NCBI RefSeq assembly: GCF_006345805.1
Contig: NC_043023.1
Location: 1,116,001-1,180,000, forward strand
Length of the DNA stretch: 64,000 nucleotides
From: Octopus sinensis
Lineage: Eukaryota
Reading direction: 5' to 3'
The position numbers and the translations under genes were made by a program. The notes below the pieces were generated by a model. That model was not told the origin of the DNA. It saw only the letters and a list, made by a program, of their open reading frames with translations, and searched no databases. Every line of letters starts with the position of its first letter. Position 1 is the stretch's first letter. Below are positions 26,206-38,712 of the stretch, piece after piece.

Positions 26206-27700
26206 TAAAAATTATTTATGAGATTTAAAAATTAAAATATAGTTTATTGTATTGAACATTGATAAAGTTATAAGGGCCAGATGATTGGTGTGGCATCTTG
26301 AGAGGGGTTCCAGGGAGACACAGAGCGGTTTAGGAACCCAAGGATGTACCTCATGAAACACGTGTAGCCAAGGAATAAAACAGTAGGTATTTAAAATATA
26401 AATAAAAATTCTTTTTATTTAGTGAGAAGTAGAGGTCTACTATCTCTAAATTAAAATATATTTCTTCATTGAGAATAATTTGAACCTCTGTTATGCTGGA
26501 ATTGTTATTCCCTAAAAAATAATATATATATATATATTAATAAAAAGGGTACAATGAATAATAATTTTACCAGGTAGCCAGTGCGGAAATAAAGACCTTA
26601 AAGGTAAATTTTACAAAATATTTTATAATTATATACATAATTATAACAAGGGCTCAGCTTTACGGTACGTGGTGAGGCATAAAGCCAACCCCTTGTTATA
26701 ATTATGTATATAATTATAAAATATTTTGTATATACGTGTGTGTGTGTCTTTGTGTCTGTCTTTGTCCTCCGCCATCAATTGACAACCAATGTTGGTGTAT
26801 TTATGTGCCTGTAACTTAGCAGTTCAGCAAAATGACTGATAGAATAAGTAATAGGCTTCAAAAATAAGTCCTGGCGTCGATTTCTTTGACCAAAGAAAAC
26901 CCTTTAAGGCTGTGCTCCAGCATGGCCACAGTCAAATGAGTGAAGCAAGTAAAAGAATATATATATATATATGTATAGATAGTGAAAGAGAAAGAGAGAG
27001 ATGCTCACACACACAAGTTTCAACTCCACTCCCACCCCCATCCACACAGAACGTCCATCATAGTGAATTTCTTTCGTAATTGCCTTGTCTGAATATACAT
27101 CACAAAAACTGTTGTTTCATGATCCCATTCATTGGACAAAACTGCATGAAAACAGCACCATTCAAGCATGGCTGACGCCAATGCTGCCTGACTGGCTCCT
27201 GTGCCAGTGACATGTGTAAAGCACCCAGCACACTCTTGGAGTGGTTGGCGTTAGGAAGGACATCCAGCTGTAGAAACCTTGCCAAATCAGATTGGAGCCT
27301 GGTACAGTCTCCTGACTTACCAGTCCTCAGTCAAACCGTCCAACCCATGCCAGCATGGACAGATGATGATAATATACACTTCAATTTTGTATTTGGTTTG
27401 CAAGATTCTTGATGTGAATTTGTGTGTTGAAACAAATTTTGTTGTGTCCTTGGAGAACCATTAATAACCAAAACACATGCACTGCTTCATTTCCACTTGT
27501 TAATTATTAGGTAACTGGTTAATTATTTAATCAACTAACTAAATGATTGTTTGTTTAATGTGCTCGTTAAACAATCAGTCAGGTGTTTGATCGTCACTGA
27601 AAAGGATGCAAATAGCAATGAAAGAATTTTGACGAGCAACAATCAATCGATTGTTTAATGAACATGTTAAACAAATGATTGATTAGTTAGCTGGTTTGAT

Positions 27701-27919
27701 CAGTGGTTTTCAACCAGGGTTCCGCGGAACCTTAGGGTTCCACCAGTACAGTTCAGGGGTTCCGCAAGAAGTTACAAAACTGCTAAAATCGACAGTAATT
27801 TTTAATTCTCCTGTGCAGATATGTGTGCATAAGACAATTAAATTATTGCACAGGGGTTCCTCGCGCCAGTGAAATGTTTTCTTGGGGTTCCGCTCCAGCA
27901 AAAAGGTTGAAAAGCACTG
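27701..27919. mobile_element. hAT-family MITE
   Basis: TIRs CAGTGGTTTTCAACC and GGTTGAAAAGCACTG, with an 8-bp TSD GGTTTGAT/GGTTAGAT. Confidence 0.9.
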
Positions 27920-28787
27920 GGTTAGATGTTTGACCAAGGGAGACAGAGGAAGAGAGAGAGAGAGAGTGACACACACACACACAACACACACACACACAAC
28001 ACATACAATAACAGAGTCAAGATCCTAAAATCAAGGTACCGCATAAAAGGCACTGGTGCTGGTGCCACATAAAAATCACTGGTGATGTGCCGTAAAAAAA
28101 CATTGGTTTTTCCTCTCTCTCTACATTTACTTTCCTTCTCCCTCTGTCCACAGTTTGTCTCACTCTCTCTTTCTCTCTCATCATAATTTTTACCAACTTT
28201 CTCATGTCTCTCCCCCTCTCAGTTTGTCTGTTTATCACTATTCTCTCTCTCTCTCTCCCTTTCACTCTATCCTTTACCCACTCCCTCTATTTGCTTTGCT
28301 TACTCTGTCTTACCCCCTCCCTATTCGTCCATCTGTCTATTGCTCTCTTTCTCTCTCCTCCTTCTTACTCTCTCTTCTTCTTTCTATCTTTCACTCTCTG
28401 TGTCTCTCCCACCTCTCTATTTCTCACTCTGTCTCTCTGCTTCCTTCTCTTTTACTTTTCTCTCTCTTCCCATCCCCCTCTCTCCATCCATCCTTCTTTC
28501 TCTTTATCTTTCCCCATCTAACTACGGTCTGTCTGTCTGTCTGTTTGTGTCACTCTCTCTCCATCCCTCCCTCTCTTTGTCTTTCCTCCCACTCTGTCTG
28601 CTGTCTGTCTGTCTCTCTTTCTTTCCATCCTCTGTCTGTCTGTCTGTCTCTATTTCTCTCACTCTCTCTCCATCCCTCCCTCTTTTTCTCTTTTTGTCTT
28701 TCCTCCAGCTCTGTCTGCTGTCTGTCTGTCTCTCTCTCTCTTTCCATCCTCTGTCTGTCAGTCTGCCTATTTCTCTCTGTCTCTCTG

Positions 28788-28824
<37 letters not shown>

Positions 28825-29734
28825 CATCCATCCTTCTGTCTCTTTCCATCTTTCCATCCTGTCTGTCTGTCTCTCCTCAATTCAAACATGAAATTAAACA
28901 GATGGTATCTGGTAGCCAGATTCATACCATTGATTTATTACTGGTAGTGGCTGCAGTATTAGTGGTGGTGGTGGTGGAGACAGAGGTGTCATTGATGATG
29001 GCAGTGGTGTGTCATTGGTGTTGATGACAGCGACAATGATGATGATGGGTCTGATGATGATGATAATGGTAGTAAAAGTTGTTGTAGAGGTACTGCTGAA
29101 AATAGTGCTGATGGTGGTGACAGCAGTCATATTGGTGATAGCATTCAGGGTAGTGGTAATGGTAATGGTATCAGTGGTGGTGATGATGATGATGATGATG
29201 GTGGTGGTGATGATGATGGCGATGCTGATGGTGGTGGTGGTGGTGGTAGCAATGGTGAATGCTGATGATCATCATTATCATGATGGTGCTGTTGCTGCTG
29301 ATGGGGATGATGGTATGGTGATTGTGGTGGAGTTGGTGGTGATGCTGCTGATGGTTGTGGTAGTGGTGTTGATGATGGTGATGGTGTTGGTAGCAGCGGT
29401 GGTGGTGATGTTGACTGCCTGGAATGCCAACAATTATGACGGTGGTGGCGAGGGTATTGTTGGTGATGACAATGGTAATGGTAGTGGTTGTGGTGATGAT
29501 AGGTATGAAGACGATGGTGATGGTGATGATAGTGTTAGTGATGATGATGGTGGTAGTGGTGGTGATGATGTTTGTGATGATGTGGATGGCAGCACTGGAA
29601 GTAGTATTGGTGTCAGTAGTGGTGGTGGCAGTGGTAGCTAGTGTAGCAGTACTGGTGGAATGTACACCATTAATCAAACATTATCTATCTATATATCTGT
29701 CTGGCTGTCTCTCTGTCATCCATCAATCTGTATA

Positions 29735-29768
<34 letters not shown>

Positions 29769-30256
29769 CATATATCATAAATGGCACTCGGTTAAGACGA
29801 GTGTTCCAGTTGATACGATCAATGGAACCTGCTTGTAAAATTAAAGTACAAGTGGCTGAGTACTCCATAGACACATGTACCCTGTATGCAGTTGTCAGAG
29901 AGATTTAGCATGAAAACAAAAAATGTGACAAGCCTGGTCCTTTTGAATTACAGGTACAAATTTTTGCCAGCTGAATGGACTGGAGTAATGTGAAATAAAG
30001 ATAAAGTGTCTTGCTCAAGGACACATTGCAGTGCCAGGAATTGAACTCATGACCTTACAGTCATGAGATGAGTACCTTAACCACTAAGCTAAGCCCCTTC
30101 ACTATGATAAGGGTTTCAGTTGATCTGATCAATGAAAGAGACTGCTCGTGAAATTAACATACAAGTGGCTGAGTACTCGACAGACATATACTCACCCTTA
30201 AGGAGATTCAAATTGACACAAAATGAGGCAAGGCTATCCCCTTTCAATTACAGGTA

Positions 30257-30674
30257 CTCTTTCTCTTTCTCTTTTACTTGTTTCAGTCATTTGATTGTGG
30301 CCATGCTGGAGCACTGCCTCTAGTCGAGCAAATCTACCCTGGGACTTATTCTTTGTAAGCCCAGTACTTATTCTATCGGTCTCTTTAACTGAACTGCTAA
30401 GTGACAGGGACGTAAACAAACCAGCATTGGTTGTCAAGCGATGTTGGGGGACAAACACAGACACACAAAGAAATACACACACATACATATATATATATAT
30501 ATACATATATACGACAGGCTTCTTTCAGTTTCTGTCTACCAAATCCACTCACAAGGCATTGGTCAGCCCAAGGCTATAGCAGAAGACACTTGCCCAAGAT
30601 GCCACGCAGTGGGACTGAACCCGGAACCATGTGGTTGGTTAGCAAGCTACTTACCACACACCCACTCCTGTGCC
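30257..30674 (-). mobile_element. SINE family A, full length
   Basis: Reverse complement of family A. Further near-full minus copies lie at 31318-31716, 32760-33160, 42465-42855, 44300-44709, 46905-47260, 58905-59340, 59363-59725 and 60428-60823. Confidence 0.9.
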
Positions 30675-32721
30675 TTTGCTAGCTGAGTGGACTGAGGCAA
30701 TATGAAATGAAGTGTCTTGCTCAATGTGCCACTGGGAGTCAAACACATGGCTTTCTTAATCATGAACCAAATGCCTGGTTGGCATTAGGAAGGCCGCCCA
30801 ACTGTAGAAACACGTCAAATTGGACAGCAGAGTTTGGCACATGGTCTTCTGACTTGTCAGCTCCTGCCAAACCATCCAATCCATGCCATCATGGAAGACA
30901 GACGTTAAATGATGATGATGATGATGATATGTATTCTTGTTTTCTTTTTTACTTGTTTCAGTCATTTGTCTGCGGCCATGCTGGAGCACCATCTTCACTG
31001 ACATCAGGACCTATTCTTTGTGAGCCTAGTACTTATTCTATCAATCTCTTTTGCCAAGCTGCAACATTGATTGCCAAGCGATGATGGTGCGATGAAAACA
31101 GACAAGGTGCCACACAGTGGGACTGAACCCATAACCATGTGGTTGGGAAGCAAACTTCTTATCTTGCCTGAGCCTATTTAAGTTTGTGCATGCCCATCTT
31201 TTCCTCCTCCTCTTCCTTTTTTATGTAACTGTTTCTTCTTCTCTTCTGCCAATACAGTGCTAAATTTTCATGTTCTACTATTTTGTCCCTATTTCTGTTC
31301 TGTTCCACTTCAAAAACTTTACTCTTTTACTCTCTTTTACTTGTTTCAGTCATTTGACTGCAGCCATGCTGGAGCACCACCTTTAGTCGAGCAAATCGAC
31401 CCTGGGACTTACTCTTTGTAAGCCCAGTACTTATTCTATCGGTTGCTAAGTGACGGGGACATAAACACAACAGCATCGGTTGTCAAGCAATGATAGGGGG
31501 ACAAACACAGACACACAAACACATACACACACATATATATATATACATATATACGACGGGCTTCTTTCAGTTTCCGTCTACCAAATCCACTCACATGGCT
31601 TTGGTCGGCCCGAGGCTATAGTAGAAGACACTTGCCCAAGATGCCACGCAGTGGGACTGAACCCGGAACCATGTGGTTGGTAAACAAGCTACTTACCACA
31701 CAGCCACTCCTGCGCCTTCTAGTTTTTTGTCTCTTTTAGTTTTTTTTTCTTCTCACTCTCACTTTATCACAGTAAGCATACGAAAAGAACTGTATTTCAA
31801 AAGGCAGTTTTGTTGTTCATTGTGACACACTGAATCAGCCAAGGAATTATATTCAGGGCATGTGTTGTAGTGAAAATAGTACTTTTCTTCGAATGTGAAA
31901 AAGTGGTATGAACCATCCACTATAAAGTCAAACAATCAGTCATTGTAGGAGGTCAGTAATAGTAAAGTCATTGTATGAGTTCTCAGTGTGGAGTCAGTGT
32001 CAGTTACATGATATATATGTGTTTGAGTTACTGTCAAGGTAGACATTTCAGAGTTATTGTCTTGTGGAGTTACCTGCAGTAGCATGATAAACAAGTTCAA
32101 GATAGATTTCTTTATTGGCCACACAGGGCTGAACACAGAAGGGACAAGATACAAAGTAGAGCTTTTCTTTTTGGGAAGAAGAGAAGGAAAAAAACAAAAA
32201 AGTGGGTCGAATTCCGATCAAAAGGGATCGATCAATAAGGATAGTGTATCACAGTAATGTCAATGTCAGACAAGTTTAAGGATAAGATGCAGAATACTAC
32301 CACAACATATTAGTGGTGGCAAGAAATATTACTGTGCTGACAATAACATACAGGTGGACGAGGATCCATGGTGGTGCTCCAGCATTACTGCAGCTGCATG
32401 GCGGAAACATGTAAAAGAGTATGTCTGTGGAATACTCAGCCACTTACAAAGAGTACAAGATGGACTGTAGCCTCATAGTTTATTATTGTAGTTTGGCTTA
32501 GGAATTATGTTAAAGAATAAATGTGTCTTCGGAATATTTTGGCTATTTAGAAATTAATTTATCAATTCAGATCCAGTTCATTGGACAATGGAATAGGTCA
32601 GATAAGGAGTCATGCACCATTGCAGCGCATCGCTGCATCAAGTATTTGCTAGGATTTGCTTGGGTTATCATTGGTAACCCTTTGAACTGTGTTCCAGTCA
32701 GTCCCTCATCTCTGTGAGATA

Positions 32722-34020
32722 TGAGGTGGTATCAAAAGGTCCCGGAACTAGTTATATTCTTTACTCTTTTACTTGTTTCAGTCATTTGACTATGGACATG
32801 CTGGAGCACCACCTTTAGTCGAGCAAATCTACCCCAGGGCTTATTCTTTGTAAGCCTCGTACTTATTCTATCAGTCTCTTTTGCTGAACTGCTAAGTTAC
32901 GGGGACGTAAAAGCACCAGCATTAGTTGTCAAGTGATGCTGGGAGACAAACATAGACACACAAACACACACACACAAACACATATATACACATATATACG
33001 ACGGGCTTCTTTCAGTTTCCATCGACCAAATCCACTCATAAGGCTTTGTTCAACCCGGGGCTATAGTAAAAGACACTTGCCCAAGGTGTCACACAGTGGG
33101 ACTGAACCCGGAACCATGTGGTTGGTAAGCAAGCTACTTAGCACTCAGCCACTCCTGCACCTATTTACCTAACTTTTAACATCATCCCCTTTGAAATAGT
33201 CACCTTACACAACAATAGATTGGTCCCAGTGTTCCTGCCACCTTTGGAATCCAGCCGGGAAGTTGTTTCCCATAAGCAAGTCAAGGACCTTCTGCAATTC
33301 ATTTAGGATCTTGACCAACGGTGTTCAAACAAAAACCTTTGAGCTGCATTTTCATCTTCGGGGTGAGATGGAAGCCGGCAAGTGCTAAATCTGGTGAATA
33401 GGGTGGGAGTAGAAGCCATACCATGTTGTTAATGGTGAGAAACTCACAAGTGAGGAGAGCTTGGTGAAGAACCCAATTCTTTGTGCTCCACAGACCCAGT
33501 TGCTCTTATTTCTTTATTGCCCACAAGGGGCTACACATAGAGGGGACAAACAAGGGCAGACAAAGGGATTAAGTCGATTACATCGACCCCAGTGCATAAC
33601 TAGTACTTATTTAATCGACCCTGAAAGAATGAAAGTAAAGAATTTGAACTCAGAATGTAGCGGCAGAGAGGAGAAACAAGGACTGACAAACAGATTAAGT
33701 CGATAATATCGAATCTCAGTGCGTAATTGGTACTTATTTAATTGACCCTGAAAGGATGAAAGGCAAAGTCGACCTCGGCGGAATTTGAACTCAGAATGTA
33801 GCGGCAGACGAAATACCGCTAAGCATTTCACCCAGCATACTAATGTTTCTGCCAGCTCGCCAACCCAGTTGCTCTTGACAAATGTCCTCCCTCAAACGCT
33901 TCCAAATATTGCAGTAGAACTCTTGATTGAATGGTCTGACCTTGGAGGGGAGTGAATTCTTGATGCACAATACCACATTTCCAAGGGTGACACTTGTGGT
34001 GGATCTTCCAAATCACTCAT
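32722..34020 (-). mobile_element. Mariner remnant (same family as 8900-9375) split by two SINE insertions
   Basis: PPYSPDLALAGFHL-type segment and TIR. It is interrupted at 32760-33160 and 33508-33862. Confidence 0.8.
33508..33862 (-). mobile_element. SINE family B (Meta/MESC-like central domain), internally duplicated, 14-bp TSD
   Basis: ggcgagctggcagaaac head and gtcgacttttgcctttcatcctttc-type domain. TSD ACCCAGTTGCTCTT at 33494-33507 and 33863-33876. Other copies lie at 152-375(+), 8650-8838(-) and 17060-17165(-). Confidence 0.8.
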
Positions 34021-37000
34021 CATCTTTCAGGGATGTTCTTCTGCTTTTCAAGTGCCTATGCTACACAAAACAGTGCACAGCACCTTGGACAAGTGTCTTC
34101 TACTATGGCCTCATGCTGACCAAAGCCTTGTAAGTGAATTCAGTAGACAGAAACTGAAAGAAGCCCTTCGTGTATGTATACGTATATTGATATCTCTGTG
34201 TGCGTATTCTTGTGTTTGGGTTTGTTCTTCACCACCACTGCTTGACAACCGGTATTGGTTTGTTTATGTTCCTATAACTTAGCAGTTCAACAAAAGAGTA
34301 AAAATAGAATAAGTACTAGGGTTGATACATTCAACTAAAAATTCTTCAAGACAGTGCAGATTAATGGTTGCAGATTAATGACTGCAACAAATAAATTAAA
34401 AAGGCTTCCTTACAGTTTCCATCAACCAAAGCATTCGAGCCCCAGTACAACAGAAGAAGACACTTACTGAAGGTAGGAGTGAACCTGAAACCATGTGGCT
34501 GCAAAGCAAGCTCTTTAAGCACTCAACCATGCCCACCCTTTCTTATTGTTGATGTTTTTCTGTCTCAGGTATCATATTTCTAAATACAGCAGTAGGGGCT
34601 AGTGTAATCTCAGATAAGACTATTAAGATTGATGCAAGGGGAAGGGGACAGAGATGCGGAAGTGATTTAAGGGAGATTTGGCAGCTATTTCTAATAGGTC
34701 AAGGGACCTTATTATACAAGCTCCCAGCCCCTCAGAGTGGAAGTGGTGGTGGTAGTGGTTTTGGGATTGGGGTATGGCTATGCCCTAGGAATGTGTGCAT
34801 CCCTTTCTCTCTCCTTCTGTACCCTCCCTCTCTCTTTCTCACTATCCTTGCTCTCACTCTTCCTCTTTCTCTTCTCTACATAGTTTTCCTGGTGGCGGAG
34901 CAGGATTCGGGGGGGGGGGAGACTGGAGGTGATGTGTGTGTATGTATGTGTGTGTATGTATGTGTGTGTGTGTATGAGTTAATTTGTGTCTGTGTGAGTG
35001 TTTTACATGTGTGAGGGTTTTTTTTGTATGTGTGTATGCATGTGTGTGTGTGAGAGAGAGAACTTTTGTATGCATGTAAATGTTTTTGTGTGTGCATGAT
35101 TTTTCTGTCTGTATGTGCCTGTGTGTGTGTGTGTGTGATCCTTTCCTTATTCCACCCTCCCCACCCCGCCCAGCACAAAGTAGGAATAAGATAAGGAATC
35201 AAATAAATCAGGAGAAATAAGGAAGGGAAAAGGGGAGGGAGGGAGTGAGGGGGAAAAAGGAATGCGATAGGGGTGAGGGTGGGGATGAGAGAGAGAGAGA
35301 GAGAGAGAAAAAGAGAGACAGAGAGGATCTGTTCAAAGGAGGAAGTGTAGTTTTCTCCACTACCATCCCCCCCACAAACTCCCTCCATTTAGCCCATGCC
35401 CCCCCCTCACCCCCCCCCCCGCCGCCAAGCAAAAAGGGGTCCATTTATTTATCTATTTATTCATTTATTTATCTGTAAATCCTTACAGCTCTGCTCTGGC
35501 TTCTCCCTCTCTCTCTCTTTTGCATCCTCCTCCTTTCAATGTTGCTCTGTCTGTCTGTCTGTCTCTCACATACACCCTCACTGCTGACCCCACCATCGCC
35601 ACCACCACCACCACCACCGCCGCCGCCGCCACCACCACCACTACTTCCCCCAGCCCCAACATAATTGCAGATCCCAATCAGTCCACCCCCTCACTGGTTC
35701 ACATCCCCCCATCACCAACAAACCATGGCAGGAAGAATCCAAGCCTCCAAAGTCACCCACACTCCCAATTCTCCCCCATCCCACCATGACCACCACCATG
35801 AACACCACATGTATTCGGAAAATGTTGGGGTGGGGCCCCACAATGCTTAAGGAACTTGAGATCTTGGTCACTGTTCTTGGCTTTGCTGGTAGTGGTGTTG
35901 TCATCATCAACCATTACCACCACCATCATCACAACCATCATCATCATCATCATTGTCGTCATCGTATTTGTCATTGTCGTCATCACCACTACAATCATCA
36001 TCATCATCATCAACAACATAGTCATCAACATCATCGCCGCCACCATTGGCATCACCACCACCATCACCATTACCATCATCATCATCATCGTCACGGTCAA
36101 CATTGTTGACATCATCACCACAACCATCACCATCATCAAATCATCACCACCAATGCTATCATCATCATTACCGCTAACATCACCACTACTCCTATTACAA
36201 TCTCGGTCATGCTCATCATCACCATCACCACCACCACCACCACCACCACCACCATCATCACAACCATCACCACCATCATCATCATCATAATCATCTCCAA
36301 CATTATCAGTGCTCTGATGGTCTCTCTTTATTGTAATCCATCCGTGTGAACTGTTACAGTAGAAGACACTTGCCTGAGGTGCCATGCACTGGGACTGAAC
36401 CTGGAACCATGTGGTTGGGAAGCAAACTTCTTACCACACAACCATGCTGCACCTATATATTATGTGAATGTGTGTGTTGTATTCTTTTATTTGTTTCAGT
36501 CATTTGACCATGGCCATGCTGGAGCACTGCCTTTAGTCGAGCAAATCGACCCCAGGACTTATTCTTTGTAAGCCTAGTACTTATTCTATTGGTCTCTTTT
36601 CTCTTTTACATCATTTTGACTGTGGCCATGCTGGAGCACTGCCTTTAGTCGAAGAAATCAACCCCAGGACTTTTTCTTTGTAAGCCTAGTACTTATTCTA
36701 TTGGTCTCTTTTCTCTTTTCTCTTTTACGTCATTTTGACTGTGGCCATGCTGGAGCACTGCCTTTAGTCGAAGAAATCAACCCCAGGACTTTTTCTTTGT
36801 AAACCTAGTACTTATTCTATCGGTCTCTTTTGCCGAGCCGCTAAGTTATGGGGACATCCAATAACAAGACTGTAGCTTCAATTCCTGGACTGGGCAACGT
36901 GTGATTTTCTTGAGCAAAATACTTCACACTGCTCTGCATTCACTGCAACACCTGACTTGATGCACATTGTTCAAACAACATCAATTTGATGGAAACAGAG

Positions 37001-37143
37001 TGAGCTAATGTATGACACAACCATTTGATCACTATAAACAAATAACCTGTTCTGGTTCTTCGGCCAAAAATTGCAGAACCTTCATTTGTCATTTGGGACA
37101 GAAAGAGTTCACCAAATATGTCTGAGGAATATTCAGCCACGTA

Positions 37144-37703
37144 TACGAGGTCTCTGCTCATAACATTATAAGTGGAAAGTGTAACCTCTCGAAAGAGCTG
37201 TTCTTCACCCCTGCTCCAGAGCGTCGGTTGCAGAGTCACTCTGAAAAGCTCTATCTGCGACAATTTCATCTCAATCGAAGGAGAGGGTCTTTCTCCATCC
37301 GGGTTGCGGATTCGTGGAATAAGCTGCCGGATGAGATAATGAAGATGCCGATGACCGCTCGGTTCAAAGTCTCTCTTGACCAGAAATGGCCTGAACTCTT
37401 TGCATGAACACGCTCCCTGTCTATCATAAGTCACTTATGAGATCTATCATAACACGTGACGAATCGTGGCTCTATAGCTATGGCCCTAAAACCAAGGCTC
37501 AGTTTTCACAGTGGGAGACCCTACCATGATTTCAAGACATTCAGGAAATCCAAGAGGATGCAACATGGTAGCTGCTCGCTGTCCCCTAAAAGGAGGTCCA
37601 GGAATGTTGCCATCAATGGAAATGACACCGGATGAAGTGACATGTCCCCCTACATGGCCTTGCTTTTTGCTTTTTGAGCCAAAAAATTAACTTAACTTAA
37701 CTT
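37144..37703 (+). mobile_element. CR1/L2-type LINE 3' fragment
   Basis: 37150-37407 reads ..HSEKLYLRQFHLNRRRGSFSIRVADSWNKLPDEIMKMPMTARFKVSLDQKWPELFA*, the conserved CR1 ORF2 C-terminus. The 3' end has a (TTAAC)n tail. The UTR is interrupted by a mariner fragment at 37437-37640. Confidence 0.85.
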
Positions 37704-37973
37704 AGAACCAGGACTATTGGTATGGTAGTGAAGTTTCTTGGCACAGATTAACCTTGAACTCTCTCACACATGCAAACCAAATCATAATGATTTCACTCAC
37801 TTCTGTTGTCTGTAGAGTGTTGGAAATAGAGTGTTGGGAGTGCGGTCATCTCAAGAAGATCAGATTTCAGCTGCACAGGGTTTCCTTTATTGTACAGTTC
37901 TTTATTTAAGAGATGAGGGGTTATGTACATTATTTACATTTGATGGCTATTTGTCCTCATCTTGTTTGTTGTT

Positions 37974-38019
37974 AACACAATGTTTCAGCTGATATACCTT
38001 CCAGCCTTCATCAGGTGTC
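37974..38019 (-). ncRNA. Minimal type-I hammerhead-like motif (canonical CUGAUGA core)
   Basis: GACAC CUGAUGA A GGCUG-gaagguauau-CAGCU GAAAC AUU^GUGUU. Stem III has one CpG-type change from AACGUU. Confidence 0.65.
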
Positions 38020-38465
38020 CTGGGGAAATTTCAAACCTGCGTTCTCATTCCTAAGGTATGGCGTAGTGGTTAAGAGCATGGGCTACTAACCCCAAGATTC
38101 TGAGTTCGATTCCAGGCAGTGACCTACTCTTTTACTTGTTTCAGTCATTTGATTGTGGCTATGCTGGAGCACTGCCTTTAGTCGAGCAAATCTACCCCAG
38201 GACTTATTCTTTGTAAGCCTAATACTTATTCTATCGGTCACTTTTGCCAAACCGCTAAGTTACGGCGACGTAAACACACCAGCATCAGTTGTCAACGATG
38301 TTGGAGGGGACAAACACAGACACACACACACACGCACACACACACATATATATGAGTAATAATAATAATCCCGTGCTCTTAACCACTGCATGACAGTAAA
38401 AGATGGACTGTGGCTGCAGAGGACATGTGACGGCTTGAAAGACATGAATCTAGTATGCTCCACTG

Positions 38466-38712
38466 GCATATGGTGTAGTGGTTAAGAGCACAGGCTACTA
38501 ACCTCAAGATTCCAAGTTCTATTCCAAGCAGTGACCTGAACACTAACAATAATAATAATAATAATAATAACATTGAAAGATACCTTAGGAATGAGAACCC
38601 AGGTTTGAAATTTCCCCAAGACATCTGATGAAGGCTGGAGGGTATATCAGCTGAAATGTTGTGTTAACAACAAACAAGATGAGGACAAATATCCATCAAA
38701 TGTAAATAATGT
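38466..38712 (+). mobile_element. tRNA-headed element: Pol III head, (AAT)n, PLE-like tail with hammerhead motif
   Basis: A-box TGGTGTAGTGG at 38471 and B-box GTTCTATTCC at 38516, with an anticodon-like arm GGCTACTAACC. An inverted tail copy lies at 37893-38058 and a second head at 38059-38125 with an intact GTTCGATTCC. Confidence 0.65.
38620..38665 (+). ncRNA. Minimal type-I hammerhead-like motif (canonical core), second copy
   Basis: GACAU CUGAUGA A GGCUG-gagggUauau-CAGCU GAAAU GUU^GUGUU. Its CpG decay is complementary to that of the 37974 copy. Confidence 0.65.

Noticed and set aside
32568-32680. DPVHWTME.. resembling a SAM/pointed-domain start
   Set aside because: Two immediate in-frame stops; the similarity is too short to support.
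38059-38125. tRNA gene
   Set aside because: A and B boxes are present but there is no acceptor stem. It is a SINE-type head, as are all other tRNA-like segments in the window.
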